NCBI GenBank assembly: GCA_017654855.1
Contig: CM030334.1
Coordinates: 2,418,001-2,482,000 of the forward strand
Origin: Podospora anserina
Taxonomy: Eukaryota
Length of the DNA: 64,000 bases
Reading direction: 5' to 3'
The notes below the pieces were generated by a model. That model ran no database searches, had not been told where the DNA came from, and was given only the letters and a program-made list of their open reading frames with translations. Shown in pieces: positions 11,301 to 24,160 of this stretch (positions are counted from its first letter, which is position 1; the number at the start of each line of letters is the position of its first letter). Position numbers and translations under genes: made by a program.

Positions 11301-14300
11301 CTAAAGCTCATCCATATCCTCGTCCTCATCCTCATCCCCATCTCCCTCTTCCATCTCAGGCAGCTCCTCATACGGCAAGGTGTACTCTCCCAGCAACTCA
11401 AAATCCACCTCCCGTTCCAACTCCCGCTTGGTATGCTCAGGCAAAGAGTTCAAGTTAAGAACATCCCTGCTCATATTCCGAAGATGCACCTCCCCAAGCC
11501 CCGGCTGCTCCCTGATCGGCTTCAGGGACAGGTGGCGTATCCTAGATGAGCTCCCACGGGATGTCGCCTTCTCTTCTTGTTGATTGCAGAGCCATTGTCC
11601 CAACAACGGCGCGTTGGGGTCGCCATTCAAATGTGCCTCAGCGCAGAACAACCCCGTGGACGAGTAGTTTGGGCCTTGCACCGCCCCAATGGTGCGCTTA
11701 GGGTGCATAACCAGCTGTCCCGACGCCAGATAAGCCCTGGCGATTGCCCAGGGCGTCTCAACCTCGGGCGGCGGGAGCGCCCGACCTTCGGCATCCTGAG
11801 CCGGGGGCTCGGGCTCTGGGTGAGGAATTATTTGATGCGGGCGTTCAACTTCCCGCATCATGCCGTTGGGCAGTTTGATTTTGTCTTTCGGTTTCGGGTT
11901 ATCGTCCTCCTCGTAGACTGATAGGACAAACACTCGACCACTTGCGTCGCCAACGACCAGTCTTGACTTGTCTGGAGAAAATACGCCGCAAGCTATAGGC
12001 GCTGGTGCTTCAAGCAGTATTCTCACAAGTGGTTTATCGAAAGACCTTATGTCCCACACTTTGACCACACCATCCGACGAGCCGGTGTAGAAGCGGTCAG
12101 GTGAAGTGCCCCAAGCCGTGAACTTCACGCCCACATCGTATTTCTCTCGATCACCCTCACACTCATCGATTGGCTGGCCATGCTCTAGTAAGTGAACGAG
12201 ACCACGGCCGGGAGCAGTATCCCAAACGTACACCTTGCCGTTGGTGCACCCAGCGGTGACGTAACAATAGGCTGGGCTATTTGGCATAATCGTCAGCTCA
12301 TTGATATCCAGAGCCGGGCAGTCCAACACCTTGATAGCTGAGAATTGGGCGGTCCCATCTTCAGCGGGATCGGTGGGCCGAAAAATTCGAATTTGTGTCT
12401 TCGTCTTGGGCTCCAGATCCAAGCCCGAGGGCGACGTGGCTGCAATGAAAGATGCTTGGTTTGGATGCCATAGTACCTCAAAGACGTTGGACTTCTCCGC
12501 TGACAAGATGTTGAGCCTTTTGCCCGTAAGGCCATCCCACAAACAAAGCTCGCCCGAGTTTTTCCGGTCCTCGGGGATGTCGAGGTCATCTCCGGTTCGA
12601 CTACGCGGAGAATACCCAACCAGGAGCAAATGCTGAACCTCCTCGCAAATACCCCATTGCATAGTTGCCGGATAGTATGCCCATTTTTCCGTCGACACTA
12701 AGTTTCCTCTCTCGTCCGTAACGCGGGAGCAATAAAGCCTACCAAAAGGGCTTCCAGAGATATCCTCCTCGTTGATCTTGTACACTCTCACTGCACCCGC
12801 AGCAACATCCGCAGCAGTCGCCACCATGCCGGAGCTGTGCTTGGAGGCAATGACAAAATTCACGTTGCCTTCATGCTTCCACTCCCCTAACAGACTCATC
12901 GAAGCGCCTGATGGTTCCGCCCTCCAGACTTTCACACAACAATCAAAACCAGAAGTGTAAGCCCTGTCATGAATGGCGTCGTATGCAGAAGACACCACGG
13001 AAGAGTAGAGCCAAGGATCCTGGCTCTGTCTCATAGCATCTGTTGAATTCTCGCCCCTCCCAACGATCGGCCGGACAATTCGATGGTCGGGATAGGCTCT
13101 GATAGTCTTCAAGCTACAAGAGCCCAGGACCAAGTTGCCGGGTTTGTTGTACTGCTGGTTGTGGGAGTCAGAGTGTTCGGTTGTCCCACAGATGAAGCCA
13201 TCATCTGATATCCAGACAATCGTGATGATATCCCCGGCACCGCCTGCCCACTCGGCTCGAAGAGCCAGCTCATCTTCGCGGCATTTTCGAATTTCGTTGT
13301 CCAAGTTCTGTGGCCTTCTCATCGACCCATAACCACGAGACCCCACGATTTCCCTGGCAAATAGCAAGGACGAAATCTTGCTTTCCCGCAAGAACTTCCC
13401 TTGTCGGTTAGCCTCGTCCTTGCGCAGGATGATCGACGCAGGGCGGTCGTTGAGTTGTCTGTTTTTGAGATCCTTTAGAAAGTTTTCGAGATCCTCCTTT
13501 TCCCTGCCTGGAAACAGTATCCTTCGATTAGGGTCAGCTTCCCATGCGCCTAGAAGGCTCGACAAAGCATCCGGAAGTTTTTTATTCTTCAAGAGCTTTG
13601 CTAGATGAGAATGGCCGTCCCTTTTTTTCTTTTTGAATTCGGCAGGAAAGACTCTAGAAGCAAGGTCGTTCAGCGATTGGATTTCTCGTGCGGTGAGGTC
13701 CACATGCAATGTGACCGGATCAATTGGGCTCGAAAGTAAATCGTCAAAATAGCTGTGGGCATAACTGACAGCAAATGCCCGGTCTTTGAAGTAAAGGTAG
13801 GGCCGCCGCTGCGTTAACTGGATGGGTGGCACGCTGGCAGCATGACGCCAGACTGGCGCAAACACCCTCCTTTGAGTCAAAGACGGTGCGGCAGATTTCT
13901 GCGGAGCCAGCCCATCTTCGTCGCCCGAATCATCATCAATAACAATGGCCTCCTCTATTGAGCGACCGGTCGCCTGCACCCTCGCCGGTGGGAGGTGAGG
14001 AATACGCGGAAGAGGGATAGGAGACGTCGAAATCAGGGCAGCCTGTCTCACGCTCGCCTTCGCTGGGTTTCGTACTTGGTCTGGCTTTTCGATTTTTGGG
14101 GGAATATTCGGAGGAGGTATTCTGGGCAGAGGAATTGGGGATGATGAATGTATAGGACCGGAGGAGATCCTCGCAAGCTGCTTCGGTATGGACGCCTCGA
14201 GCGAGGTGTTTTGAGAATTCTACAGACACAAGTTAGCTCAAATTGTCACTGCCTGGTAGCTGTGGGGAAGGGGGAGGGGTACATGGCAACCAAGCAGGTT

Positions 14301-14850
14301 TTGGAGTTCGTAAGGCACGCGCGCGGCTATCTTGGCTTCTAGGGCGGCGGAGATGTCTCCTGTTGCCCTAGAATGATACTCCTGAGCAAACTCGGAGCCC
14401 GGGGAGGTCAAGAGGAGGATAAGCTAGGGCGCGCGGTGTGTAAGGGAAAGCTCGGTACAAAGGTATTTAGGACAGGTTGACACAAGTGGTGGAAATGTAT
14501 ATATAGCAAGAACGCATGGTGGCACCTACTTCTCGGCCAAGCTCAAGAGTCTTGTCTTCATGCTCTCGGAGAGTATCAAGACACTTGAAAATATGAGGGA
14601 AAACCTGCTTCTGCAGGCACCTATTCAGCGCATCTTCTCGGTCGGGTTGTTCTCGTTCCAGGCGGGTTCGTTTGGCGGGAGGCTCGCCGTTGGAGGGCGC
14701 CAGCCCGTTGCTCGGCGTCGCATTATTTGGAGAGATATCTGGCCTAAAAGAAGTTGTTAACAGTAAACCACTTCGACCAGGCACTGGAAGCGCAGTGCTC
14801 TGGAATGGGAAGCGTGTGGGCGAAGTGGTCGCTGTCACTGTCGAGCTCAT
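11301..14850 (-). CDS. WD40-repeat DCAF-type protein, about 1126 aa, Raf1/Dos1 (S. pombe) or DIM-9 (Neurospora)-like; exons 14850-14530, 14423-14283, 14219-11301
   Basis: A 916-aa ORF carries WD repeats (TSGFDCCVKVW, GCTNGKVYVWD, TGSSDGVVKVWDIR, which includes a WDxR motif) and an acidic C-terminus. Two upstream exons join in frame through phase-0 GT..AG introns. WD40/DCAF is well supported; the Raf1/DIM-9 orthology is from recall. Confidence 0.75.
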
Positions 14851-15059
14851 GGAACCTCGAGTAGCGGTGGAAGACGCGTTGAGAAGCGCGTATCCCAAAA
14901 ACGCCCAAAAATCGTAAAAAAGTCGATTAAAAGTACAGACCCATCTAGAATCATACAAAATAATAAACCGGTAGAAATACAAGCTTAAAAAAAGGAAAAT
15001 ACATACCAGTTCATGTTGCTTGCTTTGCCTGTTTGTTGGTTGTTGTTTTAGGCCTGTTA

Positions 15060-15310
15060 CAGAAGCCTGATAAGTAACGACTGCTAAGAAATAACCTGCC
15101 AAATAAATACTACTAAAATTACGTAATAAAATTGGACTAAATAAATCCATTTAATCTTTTACTTGAAAACTACTGCTATTTTCTACTAATATTCTAAATT
15201 CAATCTATAATTAAAAGTATTTGTAGTTATTAGGTAAAATTTAATTGGTTTTTTTAATATGATCATTAGCATAAAACATCATCATTACAAATATAGATCT
15301 CGAATTATGA
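15060..15310. other. AT-rich, TpA-rich patch, likely a RIP-degenerated repeat relic
   Basis: GC drops sharply relative to the flanks, with many TA/TAA/TAAT dinucleotide runs and no credible ORF. Confidence 0.45.
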
Positions 15311-15361
15311 AGGTGTGATGAACTCCTATCTAGAACCTCTAACAGAGATACTAGTTGAAGG

Positions 15362-15711
15362 CACTTCTGAACAATCCTGGTTCGGTACAGCTAAACAGTG
15401 TACAACAAATAGCTTGTCTCATTCACAACAGTCTAGATACCAACGATTGTGATTTGTATTGCATACTGCGGAACTGTCTATCTACACCAGCCAGTTCCTC
15501 CGTATATATAGACCTAGGGACTGTGGACCGTTGACTTCCAGACAGTCCTCGCTTATTGGCCGATACTGGACCGTGGTTCGTGAGCCCTGCCGCGGTCCCC
15601 GGTCCAATCCCATTGGTCCATCCTGTCCACCTGGACCGTGAGCCCCGCTCAATCGCCCGGTCCAGTCCTGATTGGTTCCTTACGTCCCCACCGTCTCCCA
15701 AAACCGTGACG
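15362..15711 (-). mobile_element. Putative solo LTR, about 350 bp
   Basis: The minus strand begins CGTCACGG (close to a TGTCACGG LTR-type end). It has a GC-rich part with repeated GGACC/GGTCC, then TATATATA, then CAATACAA. GAAGG occurs on both sides (15357-61 and 15712-16) as a possible target-site duplication. The ends are not canonical TG..CA. Confidence 0.4.
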
Positions 15712-16851
15712 GAAGGCTCTCTATATTAATTCTGCATCAAAACATGTCTTTCTGCATCTTTCCGATACTGTATATCATACTCAAGCTGCGAAAAGCCGGC
15801 CTTTTGCTCTAGAAGTGCAGCATGAAGCATGGTGCTGAAAGGGATGGTGCTGAACAGCCGTTTTCCAGGGCTCTAGCTCTGAGAGTGTTTCTAGCTACAT
15901 GTCAGGCATAAAAGATAAAAAGCCCAGCGAGGCTTTCAGGAAGAAAGCTTTATCTTACGCTGCTTAGATAAGAACGGTGCCTGAAATCCCGCACTATACA
16001 GTGTCTTTGTCTTTTTCTTCCTTTTCATGCAGCTTTGCATTTTCAAAACCCATCAGATGATCGGGATACGCATCTGACACTGGCTAGAAAGAGGTCGCTT
16101 GTATTACACAACCTTCTGCAACCTTCTACCAATGTGCAACACTGATGCGCCGCGCAGCACAGTCTCTATAGCAGCTCCGCGGAATGATGCTCCAAGTCAT
16201 GTGACAGCGCGTCAGCTACTTAACACGCCCTAGCTTTAAGCACTGAAAGCTTATTAAGGGCCTGTACAAAATAATCAAACAACAGCATAATACAAGATTA
16301 GGTATGCAATCCTCTTACTGATGACAATGTGTGTAACTATAATTTACAAACTAATTCTTCAAGTCTATGCATGATGGTTCTGTAACTTTCTCATTTGTAA
16401 AACTCCCCTCAAGGATCCCTCAAGGAACCCACAATATGGATAGAGGCTCTGATGATATAAATACACCAACGCCTCGAGTCAAAGTCCGCCGACCATTGAT
16501 GCATTATAGTTGGCAACGCGCCTTACAATTATAGTGTGTAGATTGTGTATCTAAGTGGGGAACTTATCATCCAAAAATCTGCTTAGTTTTTCTCCTGTCA
16601 CAGTCGGTGGTTCTTGTCCGTTTCTCTTCCCCTACTTGTTTCCATTCTTCTCTCTTCTTTCTTCCGTATCGTGTTTTTCGCAGACAGTTATTACCTATTC
16701 ACCGGACTAACAACCTTGATTTGCGATGTCTGCTCGTTGCCCCCCTCCGTAGAGTATTTGAGCGTGCAGGCTAACGAAGAGAGTGCGGAGCTGTTTGCCT
16801 ACCAACGATCTAGTCGAAAACCCCAATGGAAGCACAACCGCGAGAATTACC

Positions 16852-18563
16852 ATGATCCTTGGTCTGTTCCTTCCCTTCTCGAGAACCGAACAGCGCCAAA
16901 CGACCGTGCCAAAATCCACAAGAATTGAAGGCATACAGAATGCGTCACAAAACCTGGAGGCGTGGGGTTCGTCAATGCTGCGTTGCAAAGCTACCTGGAG
17001 AACCCCTTCTACATGCTCCCTGACACTGTGATCTTCAGAATCATGAAGTTGTTAGACATAGTCAGCCTTGAGTGTCTTCGCCGGGCCGGTCGGTTATTTC
17101 TTCAATTATTCGAGAAATGCGACTTTTTACCAGCGAATTACATATCGGTGAATTATCCATGGGCCAGATTTCGCCGATATCTCACATCTCAACAACGGAC
17201 TACTCTCACGTTCTTGTTAGCGAGAGACTTATACTGTACTGATTGCTATGCCACGAAGCTCGCCAGGAATTGGGCCCAGAGAGTTCACTATTTGACCAAG
17301 GTGTACTTGCACTGCTTGGACTGCAAGCTCGACCACCCTGTATGCCTGTTCCTCCCATCTGAGCGCTCCAAGGGCAGGGACAGCCGTCTTTGTGTTGGGC
17401 ATACGGGTTTTATCCGATTGTGCTCGCACACGGTTTTCCGATGGTCTGATGTCCAAAGGGTGTCGTCTACCAGGTTCTCATGGGAAAGGCTCAAGTGCAA
17501 GGGGGTGAATGACGAGACGGTGGTAATGTGTCGCGACAAAGACCACATGCAATCATGCCAACAGCAACCAAATGGATGGGTCGTTTCCGTTTTTGTGTTT
17601 TGGAAAAAGTTGGCAGGAAGGTACATTTCCTCTGCACCCCCGTGTACCCATACGCAAGAGGCAAGGCATATCCAATCACGCAAGGACCGAGATACGCCAG
17701 AAGTTTATACTGTACATATCTTGGATGGCACACGTCGACCTGAGCCCCAATAATCACAGCCTCACGCCCGAAATGTTGGACGAGAACCTTGCTAAACTCC
17801 GAGAGCGGCAAGCAGGTTTTACGTGTCCCGAGGCAGAGCCTGGACGACTCATCGAGACGATGCTCTTTGACCTCAACCGTTGCGATTGCCTGCGTTACAC
17901 ACAACTAGATCGGCTTGGTGGAACATGGCATCGTGCTCAGACACCGCTGCAGACAACTCTTCGGTCACTAGCTAAAAGCTGTTTGTTTGGGAAACATTGC
18001 CAACGCCTTGGCCCGCTGACAAAAGCCCAAGTACAACAGCACTGTCAGAACAAACCGACCCGAGGACAAAGGCAAGCATGCAGAAAAGACTTTGTCAAAC
18101 AAGCGCACGTCATGACCGTGGGTATATCGAAACCGGGCACCGAGGATACAGTTCCGTTCTGCATGGATCGAACAATAGCTCTACCATGGTAGGTCCTAGC
18201 ATGATATTTGACCTAGAAATTCCACAATGCCTAGATTGCTAATCGGTACCTAATATTGATATTATCAGCCGTGGTGGCGGGCTGTGTCTACAGATCAACT
18301 TTACACGAATCGTGGACCTGGCATCGGGACCAGATGACAGCGTCGCTAAGATGAACAGGGCTTGGTTTCAGGCCCTTGACCCCCAGTCTTTTTTGGACGA
18401 TGTCAAGAAGGGTGAAGATGGCCAGAATCAGGATTGTGATGATGACAGTGACACCCAAAACTACGCGGACGGGTATGACGATGGGTATGGGGTGTATTGG
18501 GGTAAGGAGAAGTCAATGTCAATGCCACTGCCTCTCAGTTTGATGTTTGAGAGATTCGTTTAA
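16852..18563 (+). pseudogene. F-box-like hypothetical gene split across reading frames (probable pseudogene)
   Basis: An F-box-like segment LPDTVIFRIMKLLDIVSLECLRRAGRLF is followed by Cys/His-rich blocks (YLHCLDCKLDHP, CVGHTGFIRLCSH, FDLNRCDCLRY, WFQALDP). These lie in ORFs 16783-17031, 16962-17753, 17572-18192 and 18312-18563, in alternating frames, with no clear introns to join them. Confidence 0.5.
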
Positions 18564-21492
18564 ACCGCTTTATAACCAAAATGCACATAAAAGTACGTCT
18601 TGTATAAAGGGGGTGACAGACGGGGGATGGGGAGAGGAGGTGGTAGCAGAAAGGACTGTCTAAGCTTGGTAATGGTTTCCATGGCAACGCAAAGGGGCTA
18701 TCGTGCATGGACTCAATCAGTGGTTAGGGCTGTGCGCGGAGTACAGAAATTCCTATTATGGCCATTCTGAGTGTTTCCCGGATGCTTTAAAGAAAAGTTG
18801 GATATCTTGGAAGATAGCAAGTAAATAGTGTGGTCTATAGCCAGTACATTCCTTCTACTAGCTGTTACTGAAAAGGTCAGCCTGTTGCCAGTGTCGATAC
18901 CTCATGTATTGCGCTTGCTAGTTTGCTTCTTTCCTCAGGTGCCTGCTTCCTGCCCTGGATTATTAGCGGCAACGCAACGGCTTGTCTTCTAGCCCATGTG
19001 CAGGCAATGTCCTCCGGCTTTACTTCACTGTCGCGCCTCCACTTACTATCCTCCTAGTAGAATTGAAGAAGGAAACTTGGCGGTGCCTGCCATATAAGAC
19101 TTGACCAGCACTACAGGCAAACCTGAAAGATTCTGCGCCTTTCTCCCGCCTTCCATTCGAAGCACTAGGTATCCAGCACAAAGCCCAATAGCCTGATTCT
19201 ATCGACGTTTAGCCCCCTGTCAACAGCGGGTTCTCGGGTTCATGCTGAAAACAAATCCAAAATAAAGCCCATTCATATCACTTGACCTAGTCAAAAGATA
19301 GTCAACAGGCCTTCACAACTCCCTCAGCACCTCCCCCACCGCCTCCTCACCATCCTCTCCGCCGTCATCTCCATCACTTTCCTCACCATCTCCTTCACCA
19401 TTTCCTTCACTCATATCACTCCTCCACTCCATCTTCATCCCGGCCTCAGTGGTGGGTACGGTCTGGTCGGCCATTGTGATGGTGGTGTGGTTGGTCTTGG
19501 TGTAGTGCTCGGATTTGTGGCAATGGCGGGAAAGATGGGGTGCTGATAGAGGTAATATCAGCTAACGGTTTTAGTGACAGTGATAGATAAAAAGTCTCTC
19601 TACCAAAAGCCATCCCTTCCTCGTCCTCCCCCCCCTCCCTCTCACCGGCACCAACGGAACTGCATCCTCTTCCATCCCCGAGTTATCCCAGTTACCCCCC
19701 ATTCTCTTCCTCGCTACCTCTCTCTCCGCGCAGTGTCATCCGGTTTCAGACTCTGGTGCCCATGTACCACCATCACCGACCCAGCCCGTCGACCACCTCG
19801 GAAATGTTACCAATACTCTCGTGAATCCCTGTGACGGCTGCTAGGGATTGGGAAAACCCAAGACTGAAATGCGGCGAGGTCAAAGAGGGGGGTCATCGTA
19901 GGACAGGGGTTGGCGGTAGTGGCTATAAAAGAAATGCCTGGAGCAGGAGCCGAAGGCGAAGCCGGGAAAGAAAACAACGGAGCCTGGCACAATAAAGAGA
20001 ACCCGAGAGCTGTCGCAATTCAGCTTTGCTGAGCTGTTTGCGCACTCTATTGTTTTCGTCCTTCAAGATTTCATCTTTTTGGGAGGGGAAAGGATTCTGC
20101 CACAAGCTTGCCCTGTTCGAGTTATTGGCGGGAAAGGGCGACTTCTTAGGCTCGGCATAGAGTTCTTGTTCTGATCAAAACAGACGCGCTTGCTTCTTAC
20201 TGCCTCCCTACTTTCCCACATACCTGCCCATGCTGCTTCTTACCTTAGCTTATTGGCAAACAGCAATGCAAAGAATCCGCCTGTGGTGGTTAGTGTGTTT
20301 ATTGTAGCAGACAATGCTGGAATGACTGCACCGGAGGCTTGCTCATAGGCTGGTGGAGGACAACTGTTGGAGAGGGCGCTGCGGTCTGGCGGCAACGAGT
20401 CATGGGCCAGAGAAGGAACAGCAATGTGGCCTACACATAATCAAGGGATGAGGAATGAGGATAGTCATAGAGCCTTAACGAATAGTCGAAAGGCTTAAGG
20501 GATGAATTAAGACCTTGAATGAACTTGATAGCCGTCAAAAGGTACTGGAGTAGCCTTCTCTAACTAATATTGCAAAAGTGTTAGAAGGGGTAGATGAGAT
20601 ATGAATTTAATTATGCCTGTTAGGTATGGACCCATTGTGCAATATGACTGTCTATCGTGGACGCCGAGGCCAGAGAATCAGTATCACTGAGCGGAGTCTC
20701 ATACCGTCACTGGGAAATATCACGATACTGGTAATGCCGACGTTTCTGGTGGAGAACTTGCAGACTGATCGAGGGTCCAAAAGCTCATCGGCAGTCGGTA
20801 GTGGTGGATCGCTTGCAAAAAGTGTGTGGGTCATGCCCACGTATGCCAAGAGCTGTCAGGTGGGGCTCTTTATTGGCCGGTTCTTTAGACGACAACGACT
20901 GGGCGAGGTGAACAGCACCAATCAACAAACTATTGCGTCCACCATTGGAGGTGCTCTGGAGGGGAGGGGCCAATGTGTAAGAGATGTATAGTCGGGAGGG
21001 GTTGCGATAATGAGGTGATGAGTTGATGGACGGACTGGAATGCGACAGCGTGACACAATGGCCACGGTGAAGTGGTATCAGACGACAAATGCAGCAACTG
21101 AGATGCAGCCGGACCTATTGCACCGGAGATGCTGAGTTTCGTGACTGAGCTGCTTATTAACCTAAGTATCGTTGTCGGGGTTCTCGGATGGAGGGGCCGC
21201 AGTTCGAGAAATTTCTCGCTTTGGGCGCCTGGTCTTTGCTGTGCCTTGCTTTGGTCCCCTTGAGCTGCCGCTTTCCGTCGCCTTGACTTGTCCGGATCAG
21301 TCCAAGGTCCAAGACATCATCGACTTGTCCCCTGCGAAGAAATTGGTATAAGTTGTTCTCCCTCCCTTCGATTTCTGGGTACTACACCAGTCAACATCTC
21401 ACAACCATTCCAAACGACTTGGGTATCTCTCGAATACCACAACAACATCATAACCCACCCCTTACCCACGAGGCAACAGACACCAAGTCAAC

Positions 21493-22368
21493 ATGTCCCA
21501 GATTGTCCCACGCAACGATGCCTGGCGCACGCACCCGCCTCCGGGAAGCAACCAATACCTCAGCGACAATGGCTCCAACTGGCTCTTTGCCGTCGCCGCC
21601 CTCTTCGGTGTCACCACATTGGGCCTTTTCGCCCACAAGTTCAAGGCCCGCAACGGTGAACGCTTCTTCCACTACCTCTTCATCATCGCCGCCTTTGTCG
21701 GTCTCATCACCTACTATGCCCAGGCCTGCGATCTCGGCTGGGATGTGATCGCGCAGGCGAACCAGATTAATCGAAGCGGTCTCACCCGTCAAATCTTTTG
21801 GCCCAAGTATGTCTTCTGGGTTGTCGCCTTCCCCGCCGTCGTTATCGCTCTTGGTGTCCTCTCCGGTGTCTCCTGGGCCACCATCCTCTTTAACGTCTTC
21901 CTCACCTGGATCTGGCAGCTCAGCTATCTCGCCGCCGCCTACACTCCATCCAACTACAAGTGGGGCTTCTTCGCCTGGGGTCTCCTCGCTCATCTCTTCC
22001 TCCTCTACTCTACTTTGATCCACAGCCGCAGGAACGCCACCCATGTTGGCATCCGCAGCGACTACACCAAGCTTACCGGCTATGCCAACTTCCTTTGGCT
22101 CATCTATCCCATTGCCTGGGGTCTGTCTGATGGCGGTAATGTCATTGGTGTTACTGCCAGCTTCATCTGGTTCGGTATCCTCGACTTGCTTCTCATCATC
22201 GGCTTCGCTGCTTTCACCATTGTCCTCTCCCGACGGTGGGATTATGGCAGACTCAACATTGCCTTCACCCAGTATGGCCGTGTCCCTGTTCACGCTGGCA
22301 GCTTCCCCGAGAAGAACTCTCCCCATGCCAACGCTGCCGTTGCCCCCAGCACCCGCGCTGCTGTTTAA
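21493..22368 (+). CDS. Opsin-related 7-TM protein (fungal rhodopsin-like, HSP30/YRO2/ORP family), 291 aa
   Basis: Seven hydrophobic helices with motifs RQIFWPKYVFW, YKWGFF and LWLIYPIAWGLSDGGNVI; strong codon bias. Helix G reads DLLLI, with no retinal-binding Lys. Confidence 0.88.
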   Translation: MSQIVPRNDAWRTHPPPGSNQYLSDNGSNWLFAVAALFGVTTLGLFAHKFKARNGERFFHYLFIIAAFVGLITYYAQACDLGWDVIAQANQINRSGLTRQIFWPKYVFWVVAFPAVVIALGVLSGVSWATILFNVFLTWIWQLSYLAAAYTPSNYKWGFFAWGLLAHLFLLYSTLIHSRRNATHVGIRSDYTKLTGYANFLWLIYPIAWGLSDGGNVIGVTASFIWFGILDLLLIIGFAAFTIVLSRRWDYGRLNIAFTQYGRVPVHAGSFPEKNSPHANAAVAPSTRAAV

Positions 22369-22988
22369 GTGATTGATGAATAGCAATGCATCATCAATGA
22401 TGCTTGTTGGAGTGGTCACCGTCTCAACTTGAAGCGGAGGAAGGAATAGGTGACGGAAGCCACTCATTTACCCGAAGCTTATGTCTGTTGTTATCAATTC
22501 ATGGGACAGGTCTGCATTTCAGAGATACCCAAAGTCACTCGCTAGTTGCGTTGGTCATGTAGGATAGAATTGGATTGGCTTGGATTGGAGGAGGCGGTAA
22601 TAATGTCTAATATACGGCAGACGTAATGGTATAATCAATGAACTATTTTGATGAACTATTTTGAGTCAAATATCTTGGAACCAAGATCTCGTGTGGTGAT
22701 CTCTACATTATGTGAGCAATGTCCAAGACTCACGACGATGATGACGGTTTTATGGGCGAATGCCTTCTAAAACCACTCCGTGTAAGTCCCAAAAAGGAAG
22801 GAGCTATGACCACCACCCACCCATGCACCCCACTTTTGCGCAACCGCCAAGCCCGGAACACCCACAAGCTCCAAGCTCGCCTTGGTTGCGCAGCCGTTCA
22901 ATTGGGATTCTTTTTTGAGAAGTCCATCATCAGACGATCTTCCACACCTACCAACACCCACGGTCACCACCATTCGGTCACACCAAAC

Positions 22989-23794
22989 ATGAATTCAATA
23001 CCAAGAATAACCCGGCGCCTAGCCGCCACTTCCCAGAAACGCTTCTTCACCCCCAACACCCCCCGACGAGCGAACCCCCAGCAACACCCACACTACCACC
23101 AACCCACCCCCTCCGGCTCCAAGTCCTCCAACCCAGAAATGGACAGGATACACCAGCTCTACCGCCAGCGGAACCGTTCAACCGCCTTTTACACCATCTC
23201 TGTGATCCTCGGCACAGTGGCCTTGAGTTACGGTTCAGTACCAATGTATAAAATGGTTCGTCCCCCCTCCCCTTTCCTCTTCCCCCTTTACTCACCTCCC
23301 CCCGTCAGATCTGCCAAACAACCGGCTGGGGCGGACAACCCGTCCGCGCCCACGGCGGCTCCTCCTCCTCCTCCTCCCCCGACGAAGACATAACCGCCAA
23401 ACTCATCCCCATCACCACATCCCCCCGCATCCGCGTCTCCTTCTCCGCCTCGGTCTCCGACCTCCTAGACTGGAAATTCGTTCCACAACAGCGAGAAGTT
23501 CGGGTTTTACCGGGAGAGACAGCGCTGGCGTTTTATACCGCGACGAACAACTCTGACAAGGACATCATCGGGGTGGCGACCTACTCTGTCACACCAGCAC
23601 AGGTGGCGCCCTACTTTAGCAAGATTCAGTGCTTCTGTTTTGAGGAGCAAAGGCTCCAGGCCGGGGAGACGGTGGACATGCCGGTTTTCTTTTACTTGGA
23701 TCCGGATCTGCTAAATGATCTCAACATGAGAGGGGTGGAGAGCGTGGTGTTGAATTATACATTTTTCAAGGCTAGGTATGATGATCAGAAGTGA
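22989..23794 (+). CDS. cox11: Cytochrome c oxidase assembly copper chaperone Cox11; exons 22989-23255, 23309-23794
   Basis: LSYGSVPMYKM|ICQTTGWGGQP, YFSKIQCFCFEEQ and VDMPVFFYLDP motifs; Arg-rich presequence; a GTTCGT..CAG intron restores the frame. Confidence 0.93.
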
Positions 23795-24160
23795 AAAAAC
23801 TCGCCTTCTCAAAGAGGGAAGAGTCGCCATTGGGGTGGTGGAGGAGTGGCGTTTGAGAAAGGGGTAACGTCACGGGAAAGAAATGAAAGAAATAGGGTGT
23901 AAGATGGGGTGTGAGATATTATTGTTATCAGGTTTAAAGGCATCATCATAGGTGGGGGGGGGGGTTACATAAAAACATTTTCCCGACCAGAAGGCAGGAA
24001 AATTCCTGGTCGGTTGGCATACAGGAGTGTGGGCGGCACAAACTATGAGATCTCATCTTTTTTGTATATATACATACACGTTACACGTACACTTATATTC
24101 TACAAGAGGTGATACCCGAAATCTTACAACATTATCTGTACAACTTTTCCTCTGACAAAC

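Noticed and set aside
19415-19474. Minus-strand ATG in a strong CACAATGG context (MADQTVPTTEAGMKMEWRR*)
   Set aside because: Only 19 codons in low-complexity purine-rich sequence, with no supporting splice or homology evidence.
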